The notes: generated from the sequence alone by a model not told the origin. A stretch of 64,000 bases of DNA from an uncultured Candidatus Rokubacteria bacterium (GCA_963708025.1 CAVPSB010000013.1:64001-128000); one strand, 5' to 3'; positions 18,164-27,562 are shown, counted from the first letter of the stretch. A program made the numbers and translations.

Positions 18164-19747
18164 TCAGGAACTCCAGGGGCGCGGGGCCGAGCGCAGCGCG
18201 GCCCCGAGCGCGCCGAGGCCGAGGCACAGGACGGCGACGTGGAGCGCGGGGCCGACCAGCGGGAGCTCGAAGCCGACGAGCAGGATCGCGACCCCGAGCA
18301 CGAGCGCCGGGAGCCAGCCGCGCGGCCCGGTGCCCCGCGAGCCGAGCAGCGCGCGACCGAGCGAGGCCCCCACGACGATCTTGGCGGCGTAGAGGCCGAG
18401 CAGGTAGAGGCCGAGCGCGATCAAGGCCAGGGGCAGCCCGACCAGGGTGAGCGCGGCCAGGAGCGCGGCGACCGGCACGCCGACGAGCAGCGCCGCGCCG
18501 AGCCCCAGGCTCGGCGCCCAGGCCCGGACCGAGCGGACGCCGCGCTCGAAGAACGTCGGGACGAGCGCCCGGGCCACGCCGCCGAGCAGCAGCGCCCCGA
18601 ACAGCTGGACCCCGAGCCAGAAGTAGAACGCGGGCTCCGCGTAGACCGCGCTCCCCGGGGGCGCCACCGCCGTGTCCCGGGCCCCGGCGATGGTCGCCCC
18701 GGGCTGGATGTCGAGGTCACCGACCCGCTCGTCGCGAGGGCCGTAGAAGGAATGGGATGCTCCGACGCGCGCGAACAGGCTCCCACCGATGCGGGCCGGG
18801 GCTTGCACGGCGAGCCGATGCGCGCGGACGGTCAGGTCTCCGGTGACCGTGCCGCCCACGGTCGCGGTCGCGCCGAAGATCCACACGCCCCGGCCGACGG
18901 CGCCCGCGAGGTCCAGGCCGCGGCCGATCGCGCTCAGGTCCCCGGCGATCCGCCCGGCGGGCTCGAGACGCGTAGCGCGGTCGAGCGCGTAGACGTTGCG
19001 GGCGATCCGGCCCCGGATCACCAGCGCGCCGGTGACCGCGTAGACGTTCCCTTCGACGACGCCGGCGATCTCGGCGGTGCCGGCCACGACGATCAGGTCG
19101 CCCCGGACCGTGCCCCCGATGGCCACCGTGCGCGCGGCGACCACCAGGTCGCCGTCGACCGTCCCCGCGATCTCCACGGCGTCGCCGCTGGCTACGAGCG
19201 TGCCGCTCACCGTCTCGCCGGCGGCGACGGCCACGGTGCGCCCCGTCCGCGTCTCCAGCGCGGAGGCCGGCGAGGGGCCGATCAGCAGGGCGAGGACCAG
19301 CAGGCCGATCGCCGCCGAAGGCCGGCGGACGAGGTAGGTGGCGGCGGCGACCGTGAGCGCCAGCATGGTGAGGAGGGCCAGCGCGCTGGCGAGCGAGGCC
19401 AGGGCGCTCGCGTTCAGGACCAGGAAGAGGACCGCCTCCAGCGCGAGGCCCGGCCAGTCCACGCCGGACGGGGCGCCGGCGCCCGCCCCCCAGGCCAGGG
19501 CGCCGGCGATCGCGGCCAGACCGATCCCGGCAGCGATCCACCGCCAGACCGGGGTCGCCGCCCCCGCCGCCTCGCGCTCGGCGTCGGCCAGCACCGCTCC
19601 CAGGACGTGGTTCTCCTCGCGCAGGGCGGCCACGGTCCCCCGGCAGCGTGCACAGTCCGGGAGGTGCCGCTCGACCGCCGCCCGCTCCTCCGCGGGCAGC
19701 TCGTCGTCCGCGTACAGCGCGCAGGTCAGCTCACTGAAGCAGCTCAT
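18164..19747 (-). CDS. Zinc-binding (zf-HC2) anti-sigma factor with beta-helical/bactofilin-like extracytoplasmic repeats and a C-terminal multi-TM domain
   Basis: ERHLPDCARC (HxxxCxxC), TM segments, repeated xxIxGTVxGDLxV units and a hydrophobic C-terminus. It overlaps the sigma stop codon. Confidence 0.82.
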   Translation of the reverse strand: MSCFSELTCALYADDELPAEERAAVERHLPDCARCRGTVAALREENHVLGAVLADAEREAAGAATPVWRWIAAGIGLAAIAGALAWGAGAGAPSGVDWPGLALEAVLFLVLNASALASLASALALLTMLALTVAAATYLVRRPSAAIGLLVLALLIGPSPASALETRTGRTVAVAAGETVSGTLVASGDAVEIAGTVDGDLVVAARTVAIGGTVRGDLIVVAGTAEIAGVVEGNVYAVTGALVIRGRIARNVYALDRATRLEPAGRIAGDLSAIGRGLDLAGAVGRGVWIFGATATVGGTVTGDLTVRAHRLAVQAPARIGGSLFARVGASHSFYGPRDERVGDLDIQPGATIAGARDTAVAPPGSAVYAEPAFYFWLGVQLFGALLLGGVARALVPTFFERGVRSVRAWAPSLGLGAALLVGVPVAALLAALTLVGLPLALIALGLYLLGLYAAKIVVGASLGRALLGSRGTGPRGWLPALVLGVAILLVGFELPLVGPALHVAVLCLGLGALGAALRSAPRPWSS

Positions 19748-20319
19748 CCCGTCGTCCTCTCCGCCGTGCCGAGCCGCCGGCGCAGCTCGTGCTTGGCGCG
19801 GAAGATCAGCGTCGCCACGTGGTTGCGCTTGAGCTGAAGCTCCGCCGCGATCTGCTCGTAGCTCAGCTCGCCGTAGTACCGGAGCGCCAGGGGCACGCGG
19901 TACTGGTCCGGCAGGGCCGCCAGCGCCTCGCGCAGCGCCTCGCGCCGCTCGTCCAGCAGGAGCCGCCCGAGCGGCGACGGGGTCGGGCCCGCGGTGTCGG
20001 GGTCCGGGACCGCCTCCGCCTCGTCGCCGAGGAAGAGGCGGGGCTCGAGCCGGCGGCGCCGCAGCAGGTCCAGGCAGTAGTGGCTGACCACGGTGAGGAG
20101 CCAGCGCGGGAACGGCAGCGACGGGTCATAGGTGCGGAGCGCGCGGGGGAGCCGCAAGAACAGCTCGCCCCGGGCGTCCTCCGCGGCCTCCGGGGAGCCG
20201 AGCATGTGCCGGCAGAGGCCGTAGACCCGGCGCCCGAACTGACGGTAGAGCTCCGTCAGGGCATCCGGATCCCCCTGGCCGGCGCGGGCCACGACCCCCT
20301 CGACCTCCGTCGGTGCCAT
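19744..20319 (-). CDS. ECF RNA polymerase sigma factor (SigW-like)
   Basis: Region 2 (GDPDALTELY...AEDARGELF...FPRWLLTVVSHYCLDLLRRRR) and region 4 (LPDQYRVPLALRYYGELSYEQIA...VATLIFRAK). Confidence 0.92.
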   Translation of the reverse strand: MAPTEVEGVVARAGQGDPDALTELYRQFGRRVYGLCRHMLGSPEAAEDARGELFLRLPRALRTYDPSLPFPRWLLTVVSHYCLDLLRRRRLEPRLFLGDEAEAVPDPDTAGPTPSPLGRLLLDERREALREALAALPDQYRVPLALRYYGELSYEQIAAELQLKRNHVATLIFRAKHELRRRLGTAERTTG

Positions 20320-20347
20320 TCCCCGTCCCGGGACCCCCGCCGGGTAT

Positions 20348-20373
20348 TACGGCCGGGTGACGCCGGAGTTTCA
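20348..20373 (-). promoter_or_regulatory. ECF (SigW-type) promoter of the sigma/anti-sigma operon
   Basis: Minus strand reads TGAAAC-TCCGGCGTCACCCGGC(16)-CGTA, matching the B. subtilis SigW consensus TGAAAC-N16-CGTA. Confidence 0.75.
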
Positions 20374-20383
20374 AGCCACCGCC

Positions 20384-20409
20384 TGAAACTCCTCAGCCGG
20401 CGGGCCGTA
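20384..20409 (+). promoter_or_regulatory. ECF (SigW-type) promoter of the divergent ICMT/cyclase operon
   Basis: Plus strand reads TGAAAC-TCCTCAGCCGGCGGGC(16)-CGTA. Confidence 0.75.
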
Positions 20410-20449
20410 TACCGGAGTGAGGCCCCTCGAGGGCCCGAGGAGAACCGCC

Positions 20450-20965
20450 ATGCGCTGCCTGACGCATCCGATCCCCCGGCTCCTGGCCGCGGATCCCGGA
20501 GACCAGCCGGGCGTCATCGCCCGGCCGCCGCGCCTCTACCTCGCGTTCCTGGCCGGCGGCGTCGTCCTGGACCTCCTCTGGCCGACATCCATCCGCCCGG
20601 GCGGCGCTCCGGCCACCGCGTGGTACGGCGGCGCCGGCGCGCTGGTCGCCCTGGGTGTCGGGCTCATGGCGGCCGCCGTGCGGGCATTCGGTCGGGCGGC
20701 CACGCCGGTCGAGACGTACCGGCCCACCGCCGCCCTCGTCAGCGACGGCGTGTTCCGGCGCTCCCGCAACCCGATGTACGTCGCGCTGACCCTGATGTAT
20801 GTGGGCCTGGCGGTCGCCGCGAACAACCTCTGGCTGCTGGGGCTGCTCGTTCCCCTCCTCGCCCTGATCCGCTACGGCGTGGTCGCGCGCGAGGAGCGCT
20901 ACCTGGAGGCGAGGTTCGGCGAGCGGTACCGGACCTACCGGGCGAGGGTCCGGCGATGGCTGTGA
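20450..20965 (+). CDS. Isoprenylcysteine carboxyl methyltransferase / PEMT-family membrane protein
   Basis: PPRLY, LVSDGVFRRSRNPMYV and REERYLEARFGERYRTYRARVRRWL; GAGGAG RBS. Confidence 0.9.
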   Translation: MRCLTHPIPRLLAADPGDQPGVIARPPRLYLAFLAGGVVLDLLWPTSIRPGGAPATAWYGGAGALVALGVGLMAAAVRAFGRAATPVETYRPTAALVSDGVFRRSRNPMYVALTLMYVGLAVAANNLWLLGLLVPLLALIRYGVVAREERYLEARFGERYRTYRARVRRWL

Positions 20966-22682
20966 GCGGGGCCGAGGCGCGCGTGGACCCCGACGCGGTG
21001 GACCGCCGGCTGGCCGCCATCCTGAGCGCGGATGCCGTCGGTTACGGCGGCCTCATGGCCCGGGACGACGTGGCGACGCTCCGCACTCTCACCGCCTACC
21101 GCGAGCAGATCACGGTGCTGGTCCGCCAGCACCGGGGCCGGCTCGTCGACGCCCCGGGCGACAACCTGCTGGCCGAGTTCCCGAGCGCGCTCGAGGCGAC
21201 CCGCTGCGCCCTCGAGATCCAGCGCGTCCTGGCGGCGCGGAACGCCGGGCTCCCCGCCGAGCGCCGCATGGCGTTCCGGGTGGGCGTGCATCTCGGCGAC
21301 GTGCTCGTCGAGGGAGACCGGATCTACGGAGACGGCGTCAACCTGGCGGCGCGGCTTCAGGCCCTGGCCGAGCCGGGTGGCGTCTCGATCTCCGGCGCCG
21401 TCCACGAGCAGGTGCGCGACAAGCTGCCGGTCGGAGTCGAGGATCTCGGCGATCAGCCGATCAAGAACAGCCCCCACCCGGTGCGGGTGTACCGGCTGCC
21501 GGTGGCCTCCGACGGGCTGGCCCGGCCCGAGGGGCTTCCCGGCCTCGCCGGCCGGACCGACGTGGCGGTGCTGGTCATCCCGGCCGCCTGGGCGGCCTAC
21601 GTCGCGATCGTCTTCGAGATCCTCTTCATGATCAGCCCCTTCGCCCTCCACTACTACGCGGCCTACGGGCCGTCGCTGAACGTCCTCCACCGCTGGCGGG
21701 GGACCGCCTGGCTCACCGACTTCTTCCTGCCCCACTTCTCCCAGACCGGCAGCCCCTGGCTCGACGGGCTGCACGGGGCCGCCGCGATCCTCATCGTCAC
21801 GGGCGCGGTGGTGTTCGGTGTCGCGTTCCTCCAGGTCTACGGGGCGAAGCTCGGGAGCCGGGGCCCGGTCACCGGCGGGCTCTACGGCGTCATTCGCCAT
21901 CCCCAGTACCTGGGCCTCGCCGTCCTGGGGCTGGGCACGCTGCTGCTCTGGCCCCGGGTGCTGGTGCTGATCGCCTACCTGACGATGCTCTTCCTCTACG
22001 GCGCGCTCGCCCGCCGGGAGGAGGCCCGCTGTCTCGCCCGCTTCGGGGAGGCGTACCGGCGCTACGCTGAGCGGACGGGCCGGTTCCTCCCCGGCCGGCT
22101 CGGCGCCGGCTGGCCGCGCCTCCTGCCGGCGGCGGGTCGCCCGCGCCTGGTGGCCGCCCTCGCGCTCCAGACCGCCACGCTCGTGGCCGGTGTCGGCCTG
22201 GCCTACACGCTGCGCGACTACTCGCTGGCGCGGGTGAGCGCGCTCTACACCGAGGAGGCCGCGGTGCTCTCGCCGGCCCGCCTCGCCCCGGTGGAGCTGC
22301 GGGCGGCCCTCGAGGTCGCCCGGGCCGACGACCGGGTCCGGCAGGTGCTCGAGGCGCCCGGCGCGGGTCCGGCGGGAAGCTCCTCGTCTACGTCGTTCCG
22401 CTCGGCTGGGCGCTGCCCGACCTCCCGCTCGACGGAGCGCCGGCCGGCGGTCACGGGGGTCACGCCCACCCCGCCGACTTCGAGCGGGGGCGCTACCGGG
22501 TGCTGTTCACCCGGACCCGGACCCACCACCCGGAGAGCGCCGGACCGGCGATCGTGCGAACGGCCTACGGCCGCGAGCCGCTCGTGGTGGCGACCGTGAA
22601 CACCGAGACGCGGCAGGTGACGGGCATCGCCACGCCGCCACCCCACGTGCGCTGGGGCGACATCCCGACGCCGCTCTTTTAG
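20956..22682 (+). CDS. Class III nucleotide cyclase fused to an ICMT/PEMT-type membrane domain and a C-terminal soluble domain (one frameshift near 22370)
   Basis: Cyclase motifs RRLAAILSADAVGY, PGDNLLAEF, FRVGVHLGDV and YGDGVNLAARLQ. Then TM helices and GGLYGVIRHPQYLG...REEARCLARFGEAYRRY. After the shift: KLLVYVVP...HVRWGDIPTPLF*. Confidence 0.82.
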
Positions 22683-22795
22683 ACCGGAGGGGGCGCCTCG
22701 ACGGCCCCCCCGTCCCAGCAGTCGCCCGGGCGCCCTGGCCGGCCCGCTACGATGTTGACCCGCTCCCCCGTCCCGGCCTTCGAGCGCAACGACTC

Positions 22796-25700
22796 TCATG
22801 TCAACTCCCGCATCTCCGCCTCCGCCTGCGTCAGCCAGAAGCCCATGTCCATCTCGCGGTACATCGTGATCGCGGTTGCCAGGTGCTCGTCGCCCGTCGT
22901 GCGCTCGTCGATGCGGCGGTAGAGCTTGCCGAGGCCGAGGTGGCAGTGGGCCACGAGCGGCCGCATCCCGAGCTCGGTGGCGAGGGCGAGAGCCTGGCGG
23001 TAGTGGCCCTCGGCGGTCTCGGCGTCGAGCGGATCGCCTCGGGAGGCGATCTCGCCCAGGAGCCGGAGGGCATAGGCCTCGTGGCCCCGTTGACCCCGTT
23101 CGCGCGTCAGTGCCAGGGCCCGCCCGGCCATGGCCCGTGCCTCCTCCAGCCGCCCGGCGACGATGTACGCCTCGCCGAGATCCACGAGAAATTTCGAGAG
23201 ATAGATGCCCGTCCCAAAGGGTTCGCGAGCCTCCTGGGCCCATCGCAGCAGGTCGAGGCCCTCCGCCACTCGCCCCGACCGCACGAGGACATCGCCCAGG
23301 ACCCCCGCGTTATGCACCGACAGATTGAGGATGTGGGCCTCGCGCGACACCGCGAGCCCGCGTTCGAGCAGGCGGACGGCCTGGCTGAAGTCCCCCTTGA
23401 GCCCGTGCAGGTACCCAAGCAGCCAGGTCGCCATGCCCAGGCTGCCCGCGTGACCGAGCGCTTCGGCGAGGCGGATTGCGTCCTGCCCGTACGCGAGACC
23501 GTGGGCGAAGGCGCCGCGTTCGGCCAGGGCTCGCGTCAGCCAGGCCCGGGACAGCACGGCGGGGAACCCGTGCAGACCGCAGCGCTCGCGAGCCAGATCG
23601 CCGTCGAGTGACCGCACGACCTCCCCGAGCAGGTCCTCGGCCCGCCGATAGTCCCCGACGTCGATGCAGGCCGTGCCCAGCAGGAATGTCGCCGCGACCT
23701 GGAGGGGGACATCCGCCAGCGTCTGGCCGATCGCCCGCGCCTGCTCGGCGCACGTCCGCTGGGGCGTGGCTTCATCCATGGAAAAGAAATTCTGGCTCAT
23801 GTGGAGGTGGACCCAGCCGAGCCGCCGGAGATCATCGAGCGTCCGGACCAGGCGTTCGGCCTGGCGAAGCAACTCCGCGCACCGCCCGACTTCTCCAAGC
23901 AGGAAGAGCACATTGCGAAGATCGAACCGCAGATCGATGCCCTGCTCGGCCGTCTCGCGCGTCTCCGGCAGATGCGCCAACGCGTTCAGCGCCTGCTCGA
24001 AGCAGGTGGCCGATTCCCGGTTGGCCGATGCCGCGAACGCCTTGGCCCCCGCCTGGCGGAGGTAGCGCACGGCCTTCTCCCACACCTCACCCCGGGTCGC
24101 GTGGTGGGCCAGCCGCTCCACGTGCTCGGCCAGACGGCCGGCGTAGAGCGCTTCGCTGGCCTCGACGATCCGGGCGTGGAGGGCGCGCCGCCGCTCCTGG
24201 AGCAGGCTGCCGTACGCCACCTCGTGGGTCAGGGCGTGCTTGAAGGTGTACTCGAGGTCGGGAAACAGGCGAGCCTCGTAGAGAAACTCGCCGGCCTGGA
24301 GGGTGGCGAGACTGTGCCGCAGGACGTCCTCGGGAACCTCCGCGATCGCCTGGAGGACGGCAAAGGGCACATCCTTGCCGATGACCGCGGCCGCCTGGAG
24401 GAGGCGCTTCTCCTCGGCCGCGAGCCGGTCGATCCGCGCGGCCAGGACCGCCTGGACCGTCGCCGGGACCTGGATGCTCGGGAGCGCGTGGGCGAGGCGA
24501 TAGGCGCCGCGCTCCCCGGTCAGCACCTTGGTCTCCACGAGCGTGCGGACGCTCTCCTCCAGGAAGAACGGGTTCCCCTCGGTGCGCGCGATCAGGAGCT
24601 GCTTGAGCGGCCGAAGGGCGGGGTCCGCGCCCACGAGCGCATCCAGCAGGGCCTCGGCGCTCTCGGGCGGCAGGGGGTCGAGCCGGAGCTGGGTGTAGTA
24701 CGTCTTGCTGCCCCAGCGATGCGTGTACTCGGGGCGGTAGTTCACGAGGAGGAGCATCCGGGCCGCCGGCAGGCTCTCGACCAGACTGTCCAGGACCGCC
24801 TGGGTCTCGCCGTCGACCCAGTGGAGGTCCTCGAGGACGACGAGCAGCGGCTGGACCTGGCTCTCGCGCAGGAGCAGACGCTTGACCGCGTCCAGGGTCC
24901 GCTGGCGGCGCTGCGGCGGGTCGAGCGCCGACCATGCGGCGTCGTCCACCGGCACGTCCAGCAGCGCCAGGAACGCCGGCACCGTGGGCTTGAGGGCCTC
25001 GTCCAGCGTCAGGAGCTTGCCGGTGACCTTCTCGCGGACGGCCCGCGGATCGTCCTGGTCTTGAATCTTCAAGTAGCCCTTGAGCAGGTCGATCACGGGT
25101 AGATACGGCGTGGCCTTGCCGTAGGAGACCGAGCTGGCCTGCACGCTGAGCCAGCCGTGGGTCCGGTGGGAGTGGGTGACCTCCCACACCAGCCGCGACT
25201 TGCCCACGCCGGGCTCCCCGACCAGGGCCACGAGCTGGCCATGCCCCGCGGCGGCGCGGCCGAGCGCCTGGCGGAGCTGCTCGACCTCGGTCTCCCGCCC
25301 GACGAAGCGCGTGAGCCCGCGCGCGGCGGCGGCCTGGAGGCGCGACCGCACGGGGCCCGCTCCCAGCATCTCGTAGACCTCGACGGGCGCCTCCAGGCCC
25401 TTGATCGGCACCGGTCCGACGGGCTTGACGGCGACGAAGCCTTCGGCGAGGCGCAGCGTGTCCGCGGTCAGGAGGGTGGTGCCGGCGCTGGCGAGTTGCT
25501 CCATGCGGGCCGCGAGGTGGGTGGTCTGTCCCACCGCCGTGTAGTCCATCCGGAGGTCGCTCCCGATGGCCCGCACGACGACCTCCCCCGAGTTCAGCCC
25601 GACGCGAATCTCCGTCAGGATTCCGTGGGTGCGCCGAACCTCCTCGGCGTACCGCCGGATCGCCGCCTGCATGTCGAGCGCGGCATAGCAGGCGCGCACC

Positions 25701-26160
25701 GCATGGTCCTCGTGGGCGAGGGGGCGCCGAAGAGCGCCATGATCCCGTCGCCCATGACCTGGTTGACGGTGCCCTCGTAGCGGTGGACCGCCTCCATCAT
25801 GCGTTCGAGCACGGGATCGAGGAGCTTCCGGGCCTCCTCGGGGTCGCGGTCGGCCAGCAACTCCATGGAGCCCTTGAGGTCGGCGAAGAGCACGGTGACC
25901 TGCTTGCGCTCGCCTTCGAGGGCGCTCTTCGAGGTGAGGATCTTCTCGGCGAGGTGCTGGGGGGTGTAGGACTGCGGAGAGGCGAACCGTGCCGGCTCGG
26001 TCCCGTGACTGTCGGTCGGCTTCCCGCAATCAAGGCAGAACTTGGCGCCAGCAGGCAACGGGGTGCCGCACTGGGCGCAGGCGACGGCGAACCGGACTCC
26101 GCACTCCAGACAGAACTTCGCTTGCGGCGGGTTCTCGTGCTGGCACCGGGGACACTGCAT
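22796..26160 (-). CDS. Double zinc ribbon + class III cyclase + STAND/AAA ATPase + TPR protein (one frameshift near 25722)
   Basis: CPRC...CLEC...CAQC...CLDC; ERKQVTVLFADLKGS, MGDGIMALFG; GEPGVGKS (Walker A), VLEDLHWVD; GNPFFLEE; TPR-like helical C-terminus. The indel lies in a G/C homopolymer. Confidence 0.9.
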
Positions 26161-26224
26161 GCCGGGGCCTCCAATTGGGGGGCAGCCGGGCCGGTTTGCT
26201 ACGCGGGACGAGTGGGCCGAGCTT

Positions 26225-26480
26225 AGCCGGAGGCTCTCCGGGGGTCAAGGATCGCCGATCCGGCGTGGAACGAGACAGCGGGTTCACGAGCCGTGGTGCA
26301 GGACGCCTCCTCGGTCGCTCGTGCCTTGGGTCGGCCACGCGCTGGTCGCCCATGCCGTAGTGCACGGCACGGGCGTCCTGGATCGAGCCGAGGCGCTCGG
26401 GGAAGGCCGGCCGGTACTTCAGCGTCCTGAACTGCGCCTCGGAGAAGGGGTTGTCGTCGGGGGACAGAGGCGAGCCGAGG
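26225..26480 (-). pseudogene. Internally deleted C-terminal fragment of an IS3-type DDE transposase
   Basis: Minus frame gives DDNPFSEAQFRTLKYRPAFPERLGSIQDARA-VHYG. The usual F..WYN..H.HS segment between DARA and VHYG is missing. Confidence 0.7.
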
Positions 26481-26484
26481 TGGG

Positions 26485-27120
26485 TTACGAGGCTCCCGGG
26501 CGGGCCCGCGGGGCGGTCTCCTCCTGCGCCTTGATCACCGCGTCGGCGAGCGCGACGAGCGACACCCGGCGGTCCATGGCGGTCTTCTGCAGGACTCGGA
26601 AGGCCTCCGCCTCCGTGACCCCGAGGCGGGTCATGAGGAGTCCCTTGGCCCGCTCGATGCGCTTCCGCTCCGCCAGCGCCTGGCGGAGCGACGCCGCCTC
26701 GCGGCTGGCCTCGTCGATCTCGGCGAAGCGCGCGATCGCCAGCTCGATGGCCGGCTCCAGCTCCTCGGGCCGGAGCGGCTTGAGGAGGTACGCCATGGCC
26801 CCCGAGCTGCGCGCTCGCCGCGCGACGTCGGCCCCGGCCCGGCTGGTCAGCAGCACGATGGGACACGGCGCGCGCCGCATGATCTCGGCCGCCACCTCCA
26901 CCCCATCCCGATCCGGCAGCCCGACGGCCAGCACGACGTCGTCGGGGCGGAGGCCCTCGACCAGCTCGATGCCGGCCGCGGCGGTGTCCGCCTCGGCGAT
27001 GACCGCGCCCCCCAGGGACGCCACCGTCTTCACCACCAGCGCACGCGACCGCGCGTGGTCGTCGATGACGGCGATCCGCCACCGGACGCCGGGCTGCCGG
27101 ACGCCCCCCCGCTTCGGCAT
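26485..27120 (-). CDS. ANTAR-domain antitermination regulator with a pseudo-receiver domain (AmiR/NasT-like)
   Basis: Receiver-like IAVIDD...RPDDVVLAVGLP...LLTS...YLLKP, followed by ANTAR ERKRIERAKGLLM...EAEAFRVLQKTAMDRR. The ATG overlaps the upstream TGA. Confidence 0.9.
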   Translation of the reverse strand: MPKRGGVRQPGVRWRIAVIDDHARSRALVVKTVASLGGAVIAEADTAAAGIELVEGLRPDDVVLAVGLPDRDGVEVAAEIMRRAPCPIVLLTSRAGADVARRARSSGAMAYLLKPLRPEELEPAIELAIARFAEIDEASREAASLRQALAERKRIERAKGLLMTRLGVTEAEAFRVLQKTAMDRRVSLVALADAVIKAQEETAPRARPGAS

Positions 27121-27275
27121 CACGGTCTGCATCTGTTCTCCACGTAGGCGAACCACGTGATCTCCTCCCACAGCGTCTTCGGCTTCTCCTCTGTCTTCTT
27201 CTCCTGGGCGGCGGCGATCCCCACCGCCGCCAGCACCAGCGCCAGCCGGGCCATCCACCGTCCCCGTCGCCGCAT
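27120..27275 (-). pseudogene. 51-aa signal-peptide ORF, probably the truncated N-terminus of an exported/outer-membrane protein
   Basis: GGAGG RBS; MRRRGRWMARLALVLAAVGIAAAQEKKTEEKPKTLWEEITWFAYVEN followed by an abrupt stop. Confidence 0.55.
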
Positions 27276-27354
27276 GAGTCCTCCGGCTGTGGTGAACGTG
27301 ATGAGCCGCTTGCCGCTCATCGGCTCTGCTCGGCCGCCATCCCGCCGACCCGGC

Positions 27355-27418
27355 AAAAGAAAAACGGCGCCACCCGGGTGGCGCCGTTGCCACGACCTTC
27401 CGCGACGTCGGCGTCGCG
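27355..27418 (-). promoter_or_regulatory. ANTAR-type dual-hairpin leader overlapping an intrinsic terminator
   Basis: Minus strand: P1 CGCGAC-GCCGAC-GTCGCG; P2 GTGGC-AACGGC-GCCAC; terminator AACGGCGCCACC-CG-GGTGGCGCCGTT followed by TTTCTTTT. Confidence 0.78.
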
Positions 27419-27435
27419 CGCTCGCCGGTCACCGG

Positions 27436-27451
27436 TGCAACGGTCGTGCCC
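27436..27451 (-). promoter_or_regulatory. Sigma54 (-24/-12) promoter
   Basis: Minus strand GGGCACGACCGTTGCA has the GG-N10-GC spacing and matches TGGCAC-N5-TTGC. Confidence 0.75.
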
Positions 27452-27524
27452 GCAACCGCCCGGACGTAACCGTGCGACGGTGTGGACGCGCGCGCCCGCC
27501 TGGCCCCGCGCGGCGCTCGGGACG

Positions 27525-27562
27525 TGCCGCATTCGTGGGCAGCCCTGCCCACGGCCTGGGCA
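27525..27562. promoter_or_regulatory. Two NtrC-like enhancer boxes
   Basis: 17-bp sites TGCCGC-N5-TGGGCA (27525-27541) and TGCCCA-N5-TGGGCA (27546-27562). Their centres are 21 bp apart, about 75-110 bp upstream of the sigma54 site. Confidence 0.65.

Noticed and set aside
20956-22682. Pycsar/CBASS-type defence system
   Set aside because: The cyclase resembles signalling-type class III enzymes, and there is no adjacent cyclic-nucleotide-binding, TIR or similar effector gene.
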